Shown in pieces: positions 1-8,170 of a stretch of DNA of 54,981 bases. The position numbers and the translations under genes are program-made. This DNA is from Clostridia bacterium (lineage in GTDB: Bacteria; Bacillota; Clostridia; UMGS1883). Positions within the stretch are counted from its first letter, which is position 1. The number at the start of each line of letters is the position of its first letter. The notes under the pieces were generated by a model. The model worked only from the letters and a program-made list of their open reading frames with translations, did no database searches and was not told the origin of the DNA. The stretch is taken from NCBI GenBank assembly GCA_045615705.1, contig JAZLFH010000053.1, positions 1 to 54,981 on the forward strand, in the 5' to 3' direction.

Positions 1-779
1 GCTTTATTTCTTACAGACAGTCTGAAGGTGATTACATCACCGTCGTTTGGTTTATAGCTTTGCATATCCGCACGAGCAGAATAAAAAGCTCTTGTAATTG
101 ACAAAACGGTTTTGCAACTGTTTGATACAGATACAAAATGACATCTTGAATATTTCTGCCAACCGTTAATAGCTCCCTCGTCCTGTTCAAATGTATTAAA
201 CTGAACGGGATTTATAAATTCGATTTTGAATTCATAATTTCCGATGCGTTCAAAAGCTCTGTAATTGTCAACGGTAATCCAAAACAGTCTTTTATCCGAT
301 TCACTCTTGGGATAATTTACTGTGATTATCGGCTCCGGTAATTGAGCTTCGTTAGTCGGTGAAGTTATTTCAACTGTTCTTGTATTTTCATTCCATTTCA
401 CGCCGCAACCCAACATTTCGGATATAAATCTGATAGGGACAAGCGTTCTGTCATCCTTTAAAATTCCGTATGTATCCATTAAGACTACCTCATCATTCAA
501 ATATGCCATCGGATAATAAGCCGTATATTTGATAACATCACAGTCTTTTTCTATCACAGCGGTACGGCTATCATTTTCCCAATCTACAGAAGCACCCAGG
601 GCTTCCGATACAAATCTGATTGGTACTAAAACTCGGTCCTGATTATCAATAAACGGTTTTGCATCCGGGAATAAAATTTCAACATTATCTAATGTAACCT
701 TTACATCCTCCTTAGCATATACAATGCCTGCTGACACCAACATTACAGCTATCATTAAAATACTAAATAATTTTTTCAT
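1..779 (-). CDS. secreted protein with copper-amine-oxidase N-terminal-like repeats (3' end outside window)
   Basis: The minus-strand frame is open to the window edge. ATG at 779-777 follows an AAAGGA RBS. Signal peptide MKKLFSILMIAVMLVSAGIVYA. Two DRxLVPIRFxSExLGxxVxW motifs are typical of this domain. Confidence 0.6.
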   Translation of the reverse strand, partial: MKKLFSILMIAVMLVSAGIVYAKEDVKVTLDNVEILFPDAKPFIDNQDRVLVPIRFVSEALGASVDWENDSRTAVIEKDCDVIKYTAYYPMAYLNDEVVLMDTYGILKDDRTLVPIRFISEMLGCGVKWNENTRTVEITSPTNEAQLPEPIITVNYPKSESDKRLFWITVDNYRAFERIGNYEFKIEFINPVQFNTFEQDEGAINGWQKYSRCHFVSVSNSCKTVLSITRAFYSARADMQSYKPNDGDVITFRLSVRNK

Positions 780-797
780 AAGTCATTCATCCTTTCA

Positions 798-1466
798 TTA
801 TTCAAATATAATTTGCTTTTTTAAATACAGATTTACTATCGCTGAAATCATCTTCGATTTACTGTCTGAAAATCTTGTATCGTTTTCAAGTATGCTTGTA
901 TTCTCATTTTCTTTATAGGCAAGTGAAACAATTTCATTCTCCGAGCTTATGCTCCATAAATTCTTTTCATCAATGCGGATAAGCTCGGCAGGGGAAACCT
1001 TAAACCTTTTTGTAAAAATTACAACCTGCTTTTCTAAGTCAGATATTTTGAAGTTTTCAGCAAAGCTTCTGCACTCCTTTAACGGAACACCTTTTATAAA
1101 GAGCATATACAAAAATAATATTTTTCTCTTAAGCTCCGTCACCACTCCAACCGGAACTATGTATAAATTCTTTATCAGATTATACAAGGCGTCTGCCGCA
1201 AGATAATCGGATTTACTCGCAATAAGTTCTCTTGTTTTAAGGCGTTCCAGAGTTTTTTCAAAGGATACATCATCAAATATGTGACATTCCTTTTTCTTTC
1301 TGTCAAACGATGCCTTTAAGGACTCTTTGTTTAAAATGCTCCAATGCAAGCCTGTCCATAAAATAAATTCACTTTGAGAAAGAGCCTTTGCATCTCCGTT
1401 TACAACAACCGTCGGGTTGCCGTTTGTTAATTCAAGTTTTCCTTTTGTTACATAGTATTCAACCAT
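798..1466 (-). CDS. hypothetical protein (222 aa)
   Basis: Long ORF in the same orientation as its neighbours and overlapping the upstream gene by 8 nt. I recognised no family. Confidence 0.5.
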   Translation of the reverse strand: MVEYYVTKGKLELTNGNPTVVVNGDAKALSQSEFILWTGLHWSILNKESLKASFDRKKKECHIFDDVSFEKTLERLKTRELIASKSDYLAADALYNLIKNLYIVPVGVVTELKRKILFLYMLFIKGVPLKECRSFAENFKISDLEKQVVIFTKRFKVSPAELIRIDEKNLWSISSENEIVSLAYKENENTSILENDTRFSDSKSKMISAIVNLYLKKQIIFE

Positions 1467-1974
1467 TTTTATTTCCTCCTGTTTTTAATATCCCTATTTT
1501 TTTAAAATCCTCAATGTGCGTTTTTGATTTTCTTATAATGTTAAAATAATATCTGCCTGTCAGGAATTTCAGTAAATCTTCTTTGGCAACGCAGAATTTA
1601 TTTCGCACAATGATTCCCGGTATTTTTTCACTGTTTATCCAATTGCGAACCGCCTCCTTTCCATAGCCTGTTATTTTGATAATATCCCTTGAAGTAATAA
1701 CATTTTCGTAAGTATTTAGCTTATCGGAATAAAATTTTTTCAGTTTATTTTTGTATTCCGGCGGCACCTCCTTTTTTGATTCTCTTTTTTGCATATATCC
1801 GTATGCTTCTTCAATCGGAATCCTGCAAAAATGCAATAATCCCTCACAGCATTTTTCAAATTTGATTTTTCGATTTTTCATCAATTTGTAGCAGGTTGAT
1901 TGTGAAATACCGCAAATTTTACAAAACTCTGTTTTTGTAAGATAATTTTTGTCTGAATCGTGTATCGAATACAT
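1459..1974 (-). CDS. helix-turn-helix DNA-binding protein, excisionase/MerR-type (two HTH segments)
   Basis: HTH-like segments LTKTEFCKICGISQSTCYKLMK and ITSRDIIKITGYGKEAVRNWI. The ATG at 1974 has an AAGGAAG RBS. The ORF could also start at 1998. Confidence 0.5.
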   Translation of the reverse strand: MYSIHDSDKNYLTKTEFCKICGISQSTCYKLMKNRKIKFEKCCEGLLHFCRIPIEEAYGYMQKRESKKEVPPEYKNKLKKFYSDKLNTYENVITSRDIIKITGYGKEAVRNWINSEKIPGIIVRNKFCVAKEDLLKFLTGRYYFNIIRKSKTHIEDFKKIGILKTGGNKNG

Positions 1975-2209
1975 AATTTCTACTTCCTTTACATACATTT
2001 CAATGGCAGATGTTAATCAGTTCCCAAAAAGTTCCCAAAAACTTTCTTAAATTTTATTTTTTTTAATAATTTTTCAAAGCATAATAAGATTGCACATTAA
2101 GACACGAAAAAACGGCTCAAACCCGTATTTTACACGAGTTTAAGCCGTTTTTAACATCAAACATTTTCAATTATTTGTATCCTTGCCGCAGTATATTGCA
2201 TAGCAATTT

Positions 2210-2270
2210 GGCGACTCGAAATCAGTTGAACCGCAAGGTTCCGTGGGTTCGAATCCCATCCTCTCCGCCA
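2210..2270 (+). pseudogene. truncated tRNA-Ser(CGA), 3' half only (att-site remnant)
   Basis: Anticodon loop CTCGAAA, long variable arm, T-arm GGGTTCGAATCCC and acceptor 3' strand plus CCA (..CCTCTCCGCCA) are present. No complementary GGAGAGG 5' acceptor or D-arm lies upstream. Confidence 0.7.
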
Positions 2271-2427
2271 AAAATCCTCGTTCGCAAGAACGGGGATTTT
2301 TACTTATTCCTTATTCCCTCTTCACTCTTACCTAAATGTCTATAAATGAGGATTTTTGGAAAGTAAAAAGTAATAGTGAATATGGAAGAAGCGAGGTGCA
2401 AAATCGCTATGGCGATTTTGTTTTGAA
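2271..2427 (+). repeat. tRNA-linked repeat, copy 1 (hairpin terminator + imperfect inverted-repeat body + second hairpin)
   Basis: Starts right after CCA with AAAATCCTCGTTC-GCAA-GAACGGGGATTTTT and ends with CAAAATCGC..GCGATTTTGTTTTG. It is about 80% similar by eye to the copies at 11646, 12611/23729 and 26548. Confidence 0.8.
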
Positions 2428-2485
2428 TTATTGTAAAGAGAATTGAAGCACGCTCGATGAAATCAACTTGCCCACATAAAAATAC

Positions 2486-2514
2486 TTGTAAAATTCAAAA
2501 AAATGTGTTAGAAT
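2486..2514 (+). promoter_or_regulatory. sigma-A-type promoter TTGTAA-17-TAGAAT with extended -10 TG
   Basis: Hexamers at 2486-2491 and 2509-2514, a 17-nt spacer, and TG at 2505-2506... (TGTGTTAGAAT). Confidence 0.45.
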
Positions 2515-2520
2515 AAATTT

Positions 2521-2662
2521 TGTAAAAAGAGATTTATTTGCTTTTGAAATTGATATTCTAAAAAGTCGAAAAGCCGCATAAAATACGGGAATTTTAGGGT
2601 GACAGTAATATCGTCACGCAGAGACAAAAAGCCTTGAAACATCAGCATTTCAAGGCTTTTTT
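2521..2662 (+). ncRNA. candidate ~140-nt small RNA (promoter to intrinsic terminator, no ATG inside)
   Basis: The predicted promoter at 2486-2514 is followed about 110 nt later by the hairpin AAAAGCCTTGAAA..TTTCAAGGCTTTTTT (2627-2662). An internal small hairpin GGTGACAGTAATATCGTCAC is present. I saw no ATG-initiated ORF. Confidence 0.35.
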
Positions 2663-2814
2663 CTTGCGTTTAAATAAAAGATTTTAACCTCTTTTGCATA
2701 ATAAATATCTTTATGTCCACTTGTGTCACTTGTTTAATGTAAGCAAGGAAAACGGCTTGCAACGGCTCAAAGGTCAGCCGTTTGTTTACTGTTGTGAAAA
2801 GTGGACTTTGAAAA

Positions 2815-3215
2815 GTTTAGTACCCTTTGCGGTATAGTGTAAAGACTCCACCGAACACCAGCACTAAAATATATGTACCCCCCCTTTGCGGTTAAGAGTG
2901 ACGGTACAAACCGCCGAACACCGACACCGAAAAGAAGGGGGTTGCACCTTTGCCATTTAAGGTGTAAGGCAAACCGCCACGCACCGACCACAAAGCAAGG
3001 TCTTAACCCCTTTGCGGTTGTAGGTGTAAGGCAACCGCCAAACGCACCGAACCGCAAGAGAGGTACACACCCCCTTTGCGGTTTAAGGTGTAAGGCAACC
3101 GCCACGCACCGCACCGCAGACAACGGAACGGACTTTGTCCCACCCTTTGCGGTTGTAGGTGTAAGGCAACCGCCAAACAACCCGAGCACAAGGGGGTTAC
3201 CCCTTTACGGTAATA
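2815..3215. repeat. array of 7 degenerate ~58-71-bp GC-rich tandem units, most carrying a GCGGTT(G)/(C)AACCGC hairpin
   Basis: The CTTTGC/CTTTAC unit anchors sit at 2825, 2884, 2948, 3010, 3074, 3145 and 3203. Units at 3010 and 3145 share the identical 36-nt core CCCTTTGCGGTTGTAGGTGTAAGGCAACCGCCAAAC. The last unit merges with the RBS of the ORF at 3238. Confidence 0.85.
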
Positions 3216-3237
3216 TAATGGAAAGGAGGCGAAAACA

Positions 3238-3417
3238 ATGGGATGGGCAAAATACACAGAAGACAATTATAAATTATATTATGAAAGGATGGATAAAATC
3301 GAATCTTTTGCACCACAATCAATAATTTCTAAAACCCAAGAACAGTCTTTTAAAAAAGACCAATCAAAAAACAGCTTTGCCAATATATTTGAGGACAAAA
3401 GCTGTTTTTCTTTATGA
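3238..3417 (+). CDS. small hypothetical protein (59 aa, MGWAKYTEDNYKLYYERMDKIE...)
   Basis: ATG lies 8 nt after a GGAGG RBS (3225-3229). It is below the ORF-track size cutoff. Its TGA overlaps the next ATG as ATGA (3414-3417). Confidence 0.5.
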   Translation: MGWAKYTEDNYKLYYERMDKIESFAPQSIISKTQEQSFKKDQSKNSFANIFEDKSCFSL

Positions 3418-3806
3418 TTAAAATTGAAAGGATGAAAAAAATGAAAAACGAAAATTACAACGAATACGATAGCACTCTTGATGGATTAATTGACTTTTTA
3501 GAGGGACTTCCGCAAGCATCTGTAAAAATGCTTGATTTAGAACGCTACACACTTATGCTTAGGGTTGCGGCAAAACTAATTGCTTTGCTTAAAGAAAGCA
3601 CTCCCGAAGGCGAAGTTAATATTGACATTGACAAAAAGTTCAATTTGGGTTTCATTTCTGTCGAATTAGAAAACTTAACTGTAACAGAACCCGATTTTTT
3701 TGCCAATATAATCAGCCAAGCGGATAATTTTGAAATATACCCGTTAACCAACGGCAATCTCCACATTGACATAACTTTTCAAGGCGTATTAAAATCAATA
3801 TGTTAG
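3414..3806 (+). CDS. hypothetical protein (130 aa)
   Basis: ORF translationally coupled to the upstream small ORF. Alternative internal starts exist at 3432 and 3441. No family recognised. Confidence 0.5.
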   Translation: MIKIERMKKMKNENYNEYDSTLDGLIDFLEGLPQASVKMLDLERYTLMLRVAAKLIALLKESTPEGEVNIDIDKKFNLGFISVELENLTVTEPDFFANIISQADNFEIYPLTNGNLHIDITFQGVLKSIC

Positions 3807-3821
3807 AAAGGAGCAAATTAA

Positions 3822-4532
3822 ATGATTTGGTTTATTCTTTTAATATTCATTGCAATCATTCTTATTGGGGCTGCTGCAACAGATTTGCCTGAAAATAGGA
3901 TTTCTTATAATGCAGACGAGGAAAACTCGAAACTTGCCTCAATGGTTAACAAAACTTTTGAAGAAGAACTATGCAGAAAAATATCAATGCCATCATATAA
4001 AGAACAAATTCTAAATATTATAAAAGATGATTTGATATATATTTACGGCAATTCATGGAAAACATTGTTTGATAGAACTTGGTATGTTCCACACCCTATT
4101 ACCATAGCATTTAACACGGTGGAAAATATTGTATTAATGCTATTACTGTCAAAAAGCGGTTTTATCCCAAAATGTTATCGATTTGCACATATAACAATCA
4201 GTAACTTTGATGTGGCAAATTCTTATGAATGTTTAAAAATTCTGCATTGTGTAGAAAAGAACATTCAAGTTAAACGAGATCAAAATATAAAATTAGTATT
4301 TTCACCCGAAGTAATATTCAAGCGTGACAACAGAAATAAAATACTAGAATTGCCCCAATATGATTACCCTTGCTCCGGGCAATTTTATTGGTCTTTTCAA
4401 AGTATTTGCACACATTCAAAGTTCAAAATAAATGACATACATAATACGAGATTGGTTCAATCTTGCATAAATTCATCTATTGGTGAACGAAGCAACAAAA
4501 AAAATCCATATAAAAATAAACTCGTGTTATAG
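3822..4532 (+). CDS. hypothetical membrane-anchored protein (236 aa)
   Basis: AAAGGAG RBS, N-terminal TM helix IWFILLIFIAIILIGAAA. No family recognised. Confidence 0.5.
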   Translation: MIWFILLIFIAIILIGAAATDLPENRISYNADEENSKLASMVNKTFEEELCRKISMPSYKEQILNIIKDDLIYIYGNSWKTLFDRTWYVPHPITIAFNTVENIVLMLLLSKSGFIPKCYRFAHITISNFDVANSYECLKILHCVEKNIQVKRDQNIKLVFSPEVIFKRDNRNKILELPQYDYPCSGQFYWSFQSICTHSKFKINDIHNTRLVQSCINSSIGERSNKKNPYKNKLVL

Positions 4533-4704
4533 TAGGTTTAATTGTTTTTTTATTATATTAAAGATTCTCTTCCTTTTCCCACTGCATATTCATAAGCAAT
4601 CTTTGTTCCGCTTTTTCATTTGTTGGGCAATAGCCTTCATCTTTTTACATAGAATAATTTTTATCAAGCTGCAAATAATAGCAAAAAGAAAGCGAGGTAA
4701 TAAT

Positions 4705-5373
4705 ATGTTTAAGCACGAAAAACTTTTGTTTCATCCTGTTGAGATTGATAAACCGAATCCTCAGTATGCGGTATTGCTTCAAGAACAACTTGGAGGCGGC
4801 AACGGTGAACTTAAAGCGGCAATGCAATATATGTCGCAAAGTTTCAGAATTAAAGACCCCGAAATTAAGGACCTGTTTTTGGATATTGCAGCAGAAGAAC
4901 TCGGTCATATGGAAATGGTTGCACAGACAATCAATCTTTTAAACGGGCATGATGTAGATGTTTCAAAAGTATCCGCAGGTGAAATCCAAACCCATGTTTT
5001 GTTAGGATTAAATCCCGGGCTTATAAATGCATCAGGTTATTCGTGGACAGGTGATTATGTTACGGTTACAGGCGATTTGTGTGCTGATTTATTATCCAAC
5101 ATTGCATCAGAGCAAAGAGCAAAAGTCGTTTATGAATACCTATACAGACAGATAGATGATAAAAAAGTGAAAGAAACAATTGATTTTCTTTTGAATCGTG
5201 AAGAGGCACACAATGCTATGTTTAGAGAAGCATTTAATAAAGTTCAAAACTCAGGTTCAAATCATGATTTCGGAACAACAAAAGCGGCTAAAATGTATTT
5301 CAGTATGTCGGAGCCATCTCCCGAGGATAATCCATTTAAGGAAACCAATGTTAAAGCACCTGCCTTTAAATAA
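4705..5373 (+). CDS. manganese catalase family protein (CotJC-like)
   Basis: MFKHEKLLFHPVEIDKPNPQYAVLLQEQLGGGNGELKAAMQYMSQSF and EELGHMEMV di-metal motifs. The ATG at 4705 has a GAGGT RBS. The upstream part of the 4480 ORF is hydrophobic low-complexity sequence. Confidence 0.85.
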   Translation: MFKHEKLLFHPVEIDKPNPQYAVLLQEQLGGGNGELKAAMQYMSQSFRIKDPEIKDLFLDIAAEELGHMEMVAQTINLLNGHDVDVSKVSAGEIQTHVLLGLNPGLINASGYSWTGDYVTVTGDLCADLLSNIASEQRAKVVYEYLYRQIDDKKVKETIDFLLNREEAHNAMFREAFNKVQNSGSNHDFGTTKAAKMYFSMSEPSPEDNPFKETNVKAPAFK

Positions 5374-5460
5374 TATATGATAAATACAATTAGGGAATTT
5401 AGTGGAAATTCTGTCTTGATAATTTTTTAATTATAACAACAAAAAATTATTTTTCCTTTA

Positions 5461-5502
5461 AAAAGGTGCATTTGAGATGTCTTTCTCAAATGCACCTTTT
5501 TC
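5461..5502. terminator. bidirectional intrinsic terminator between convergent genes
   Basis: AAAAGGTGCATTTGAGA-loop-TCTCAAATGCACCTTTTT, with A/T runs on both sides. Confidence 0.7.
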
Positions 5503-5504
5503 GC

Positions 5505-6140
5505 TTAGGATAATTGTCCGGGAAGTTTTAATTTTTTCTTACGGGGAAAAGTTTTTTCGTATTTTTCAAAGTCATCGGGATTGTCTTGACAGGAAAAATA
5601 CGCCTTCGGAGTTGAATACTCACCTGTAATACCGTTTAAATAGCCATTTTCAAGTTCTTTCAGCAAAAAGAAAGATGAATCCGCTCCTTCGGGAAGCCCG
5701 TGATAACGAATACCGAATTTACTCGCATAGGAAAATCCGCTTTTTCCGTAAAAATCAATGTTTCCTTCAAAGCATATTGCCTTACATCCAAATTCCTTTG
5801 CCTTTTCAAGTGAATAATCAAGAAGCATTTTACCAAAGCCTTGTCTTTGAAACTTTTGTAAAATGCAAATCGGTCCCATCGTCATTATAGGAATATTTTC
5901 GCCGTTATCCGCGTTAATCACGGCATTTACAAAAACATTCTGACCGATTATTTCACCGTCTTTTTCCATTACAAAATCAAGTTCTTTGACAAAATCGGAA
6001 TCATCTCTCAGTTTTTTTAAAACATAATGTTCCATGCAACCGGGACGATAAACATTCCAAAAACTTTCTCTTACGAGAGTTTCAACCTCTCTGTAATCTT
6101 CCTCTTTTTCCAAACGAATTATTATGTTATTTTTATTCAT
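5505..6140 (-). CDS. GNAT family N-acetyltransferase
   Basis: Acetyl-CoA-binding motif QRQGFGKMLL in a 211-aa protein. GGAGGAAAAACA RBS. Confidence 0.8.
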   Translation of the reverse strand: MNKNNIIIRLEKEEDYREVETLVRESFWNVYRPGCMEHYVLKKLRDDSDFVKELDFVMEKDGEIIGQNVFVNAVINADNGENIPIMTMGPICILQKFQRQGFGKMLLDYSLEKAKEFGCKAICFEGNIDFYGKSGFSYASKFGIRYHGLPEGADSSFFLLKELENGYLNGITGEYSTPKAYFSCQDNPDDFEKYEKTFPRKKKLKLPGQLS

Positions 6141-6318
6141 TGTTTTTCCTCCTGAACATTGTTTTTTTCAACTGCATAAGCGGGAGGCGACATATTGTAA
6201 CAAACCCTCCCGGTTACGATACAATATCTCGTGTGTTGTACTTAATCAAAAAGCACTTCTCCTTAAAAATAAATATTATAATCAAGCACCGATGCTCAAT
6301 TACCTCTGTTAGATAAAA

Positions 6319-7443
6319 TTACGCATTTTCAAACGCTTTTTTTACTTTTTCAAGTTCCATTCTGATTGAAATATGTTGAGGACAAACCTCTTCACATTTA
6401 CCGCACTTAATACACTCACTTGCCGAAAGTTTGTTTTCGTCTGTCAGTATGCTTTTTTCTATTTTTTTTGCTTTTTCTTCATCTTCGCACTGAATAAGGA
6501 CATTGTACGCCGAAAAAGAACCTGAAATCCCTATATTTTTCGGGCAAACCTTAGCACAGTAATTACAATTCGTGCATTGAATTATCGGAACTTTTCTTAT
6601 TATGTCTAATGCTTCATCTATAACTTTTTCTTGTTTTTCATTTAATTTTTTAAAGTCTTTCATATATGAAACATTATCTCTTACCTGTTCTAAACTGCTC
6701 ATTCCGGAAAGTACCGTAAGCACTCCGTCAAGTCCTGCGGCAAATCGCACTGCCCACGATGCACAGGAAGAATCGGGTTCTGACTCTTGCATTATTTTCT
6801 TGACTGCCTTTGGAGGATTTGCAAGTGTCCCACCTTTAACGGGTTCCATAATAATGACGGGTTTATTGTGCTTTCTTGCGACTTCGTAGCATTCTCTTGA
6901 TTTAACGGACGGATTTTCCCAATCAATGTAATTTATTTGAAGTTGAACGAACTCGGCTTGCGGGTGATTTGTTAAAATTTCGTCCAAATCCTCAGGTGTT
7001 GAGTGAAAAGAAAAACCTATATGGCGAATAAGCCCTTTTTCTTTTTGCTCCAACGCCCAGTTCCAAAGGTCATACTCATCGTATGCTTTTGTTCTTTCTC
7101 CGCCGAGGCTGTGCATCAAATAAAAGTCAAAATATCCCGCACCCGTGCGTTTTAAAGATGTTTCAAACTGATTTATTGCATCGTCTTTGCTTTTACAACC
7201 TGCCCATGCCGCCATCTTTGTGGCAAGTTGATATTTTTCTCTCGGGTAACGGTCAACAAGTGCTTTTTTGACTGCTTCTTCACTTCCCGGATAAACAAAA
7301 GCCGTATCAAAATATGTAAATCCGCCATTTATGAACTCATCTACCATTTTCTTTGTTTGTTCAATATCAATTTCTCCGTCAACTTTCGGAAGTCGCATCA
7401 TACCAAAGCCTAATTTTTTAATATTTTCTCCTAAATATGTCAT
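6319..7443 (-). CDS. aldo/keto reductase with C-terminal 2x[4Fe-4S] ferredoxin domain
   Basis: AKR N-terminus (GFGMMRLP, FDTAFVYPGSE) plus CTNCNYCAKVCP and CIKCGKCEEVCP clusters. Confidence 0.85.
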   Translation of the reverse strand: MTYLGENIKKLGFGMMRLPKVDGEIDIEQTKKMVDEFINGGFTYFDTAFVYPGSEEAVKKALVDRYPREKYQLATKMAAWAGCKSKDDAINQFETSLKRTGAGYFDFYLMHSLGGERTKAYDEYDLWNWALEQKEKGLIRHIGFSFHSTPEDLDEILTNHPQAEFVQLQINYIDWENPSVKSRECYEVARKHNKPVIIMEPVKGGTLANPPKAVKKIMQESEPDSSCASWAVRFAAGLDGVLTVLSGMSSLEQVRDNVSYMKDFKKLNEKQEKVIDEALDIIRKVPIIQCTNCNYCAKVCPKNIGISGSFSAYNVLIQCEDEEKAKKIEKSILTDENKLSASECIKCGKCEEVCPQHISIRMELEKVKKAFENA

Positions 7444-7455
7444 ACTGTTCTCCTG

Positions 7456-7905
7456 TTATTTTAATTTTATCATAATCACAATTCCCGACAAAGTTACCAA
7501 AAGCATTAATCCCGTCAAAACAAATACAGGTATTATGGAAACAAATTGAAACGCCGATACAATTCCTATATAAAGCATTAATGGCACAATCAGAACTTTC
7601 AAAATCCCAATCATAAGTGCCGAAACAAAGTAAAGTCTGTCTTTATTTTCTTCTGTTACCGTAACAGGCATATTCCAAAATTTTGGATATCTTTCTATTA
7701 TTGCGAAAAACACAAATATCAAAATTGCAAATACGAGTTCAAATATAAGAGATATTTTACTCCCGTATTTGTCGGGTGTTCCCGCAGTGTTAAAATGTGT
7801 GGGAATAAGTAGTGGGATATCATTCCATTTAACAAAAAGCCCTGCCGTGTATATGAAAATTAAAATCGCACTGATGAAATTCGTTACATTTCTCATCGTT
7901 TTCAT
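7456..7905 (-). CDS. DUF1648-like integral membrane protein
   Basis: IPTHFNTAGTPDKYGSK motif after TM1. Four predicted TM helices. Confidence 0.6.
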   Translation of the reverse strand: MKTMRNVTNFISAILIFIYTAGLFVKWNDIPLLIPTHFNTAGTPDKYGSKISLIFELVFAILIFVFFAIIERYPKFWNMPVTVTEENKDRLYFVSALMIGILKVLIVPLMLYIGIVSAFQFVSIIPVFVLTGLMLLVTLSGIVIMIKLK

Positions 7906-8112
7906 AGAAAAACCTCACTGTTTGGCTAAATTTATATTGAGATAGTGCAATTAGCCTTCCGCATTCTCTTTCCTTTGTAATCTGTGCCAATCTTTTTATT
8001 AAACTCTTGCCGTATTCTTTCTGTACTCGTTAACTTCAAGGTAAATTCCCGTTCTTCCCAAGAAGGTGGAAAATTGTGAAAGAAAAGTACAAATCTAAAT
8101 TCCATATTTTTC

Positions 8113-8150
8113 TCAAAAAATAATATAAGAGGCATCGCCTCTTATATTAT
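8113..8150 (-). terminator. intrinsic terminator downstream of the gtrA-like operon
   Basis: On the minus strand, ATAATATAAGAGGC-GAT-GCCTCTTATATTATTTTTT. Confidence 0.65.
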
Positions 8151-8170
8151 CCTATTAATACCATTTTTTG

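Larger units (their letters stand above)
1..2270. mobile_element. right-hand end of an integrated element inserted in a tRNA-Ser(CGA) gene (remainder lies left of the window)
   Basis: A truncated tRNA 3' half at 2210-2270 is followed at once by the terminator repeat that follows intact tRNAs elsewhere in the window. An excisionase-type HTH gene and orphan genes lie immediately to its left. Confidence 0.5.

Noticed and set aside
2815-3215. CRISPR array or integron attC array
   Set aside because: The repeats are degenerate rather than near-identical. The ~25-nt inter-repeat segments are homologous to one another rather than unique spacers. There are no cas or intI genes in the window and no cassette ORFs between units.
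2767-3325. Three overlapping ORFs from the track (2767-3189 minus, 2873-3325 plus, 3003-3266 minus)
   Set aside because: Their translations are periodic low-complexity peptides that mirror the DNA repeat (for example LTPTTAKG.. and ALHLKPQRG.. recurring). They overlap each other on both strands and lack RBSs. They are artefacts of stop-poor GC-rich repeats.
4480-4704. 75-aa N-terminal extension of the Mn catalase ORF
   Set aside because: The extension is hydrophobic low-complexity translation of AT-rich promoter DNA. The conserved catalase N-terminus starts at the ATG at 4705, which has its own GAGGT RBS.
7932-8135. 67-aa minus-strand ORF
   Set aside because: It starts inside the gtrA-operon terminator hairpin, has no RBS and belongs to no recognisable family. 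It is probably non-coding intergenic DNA.
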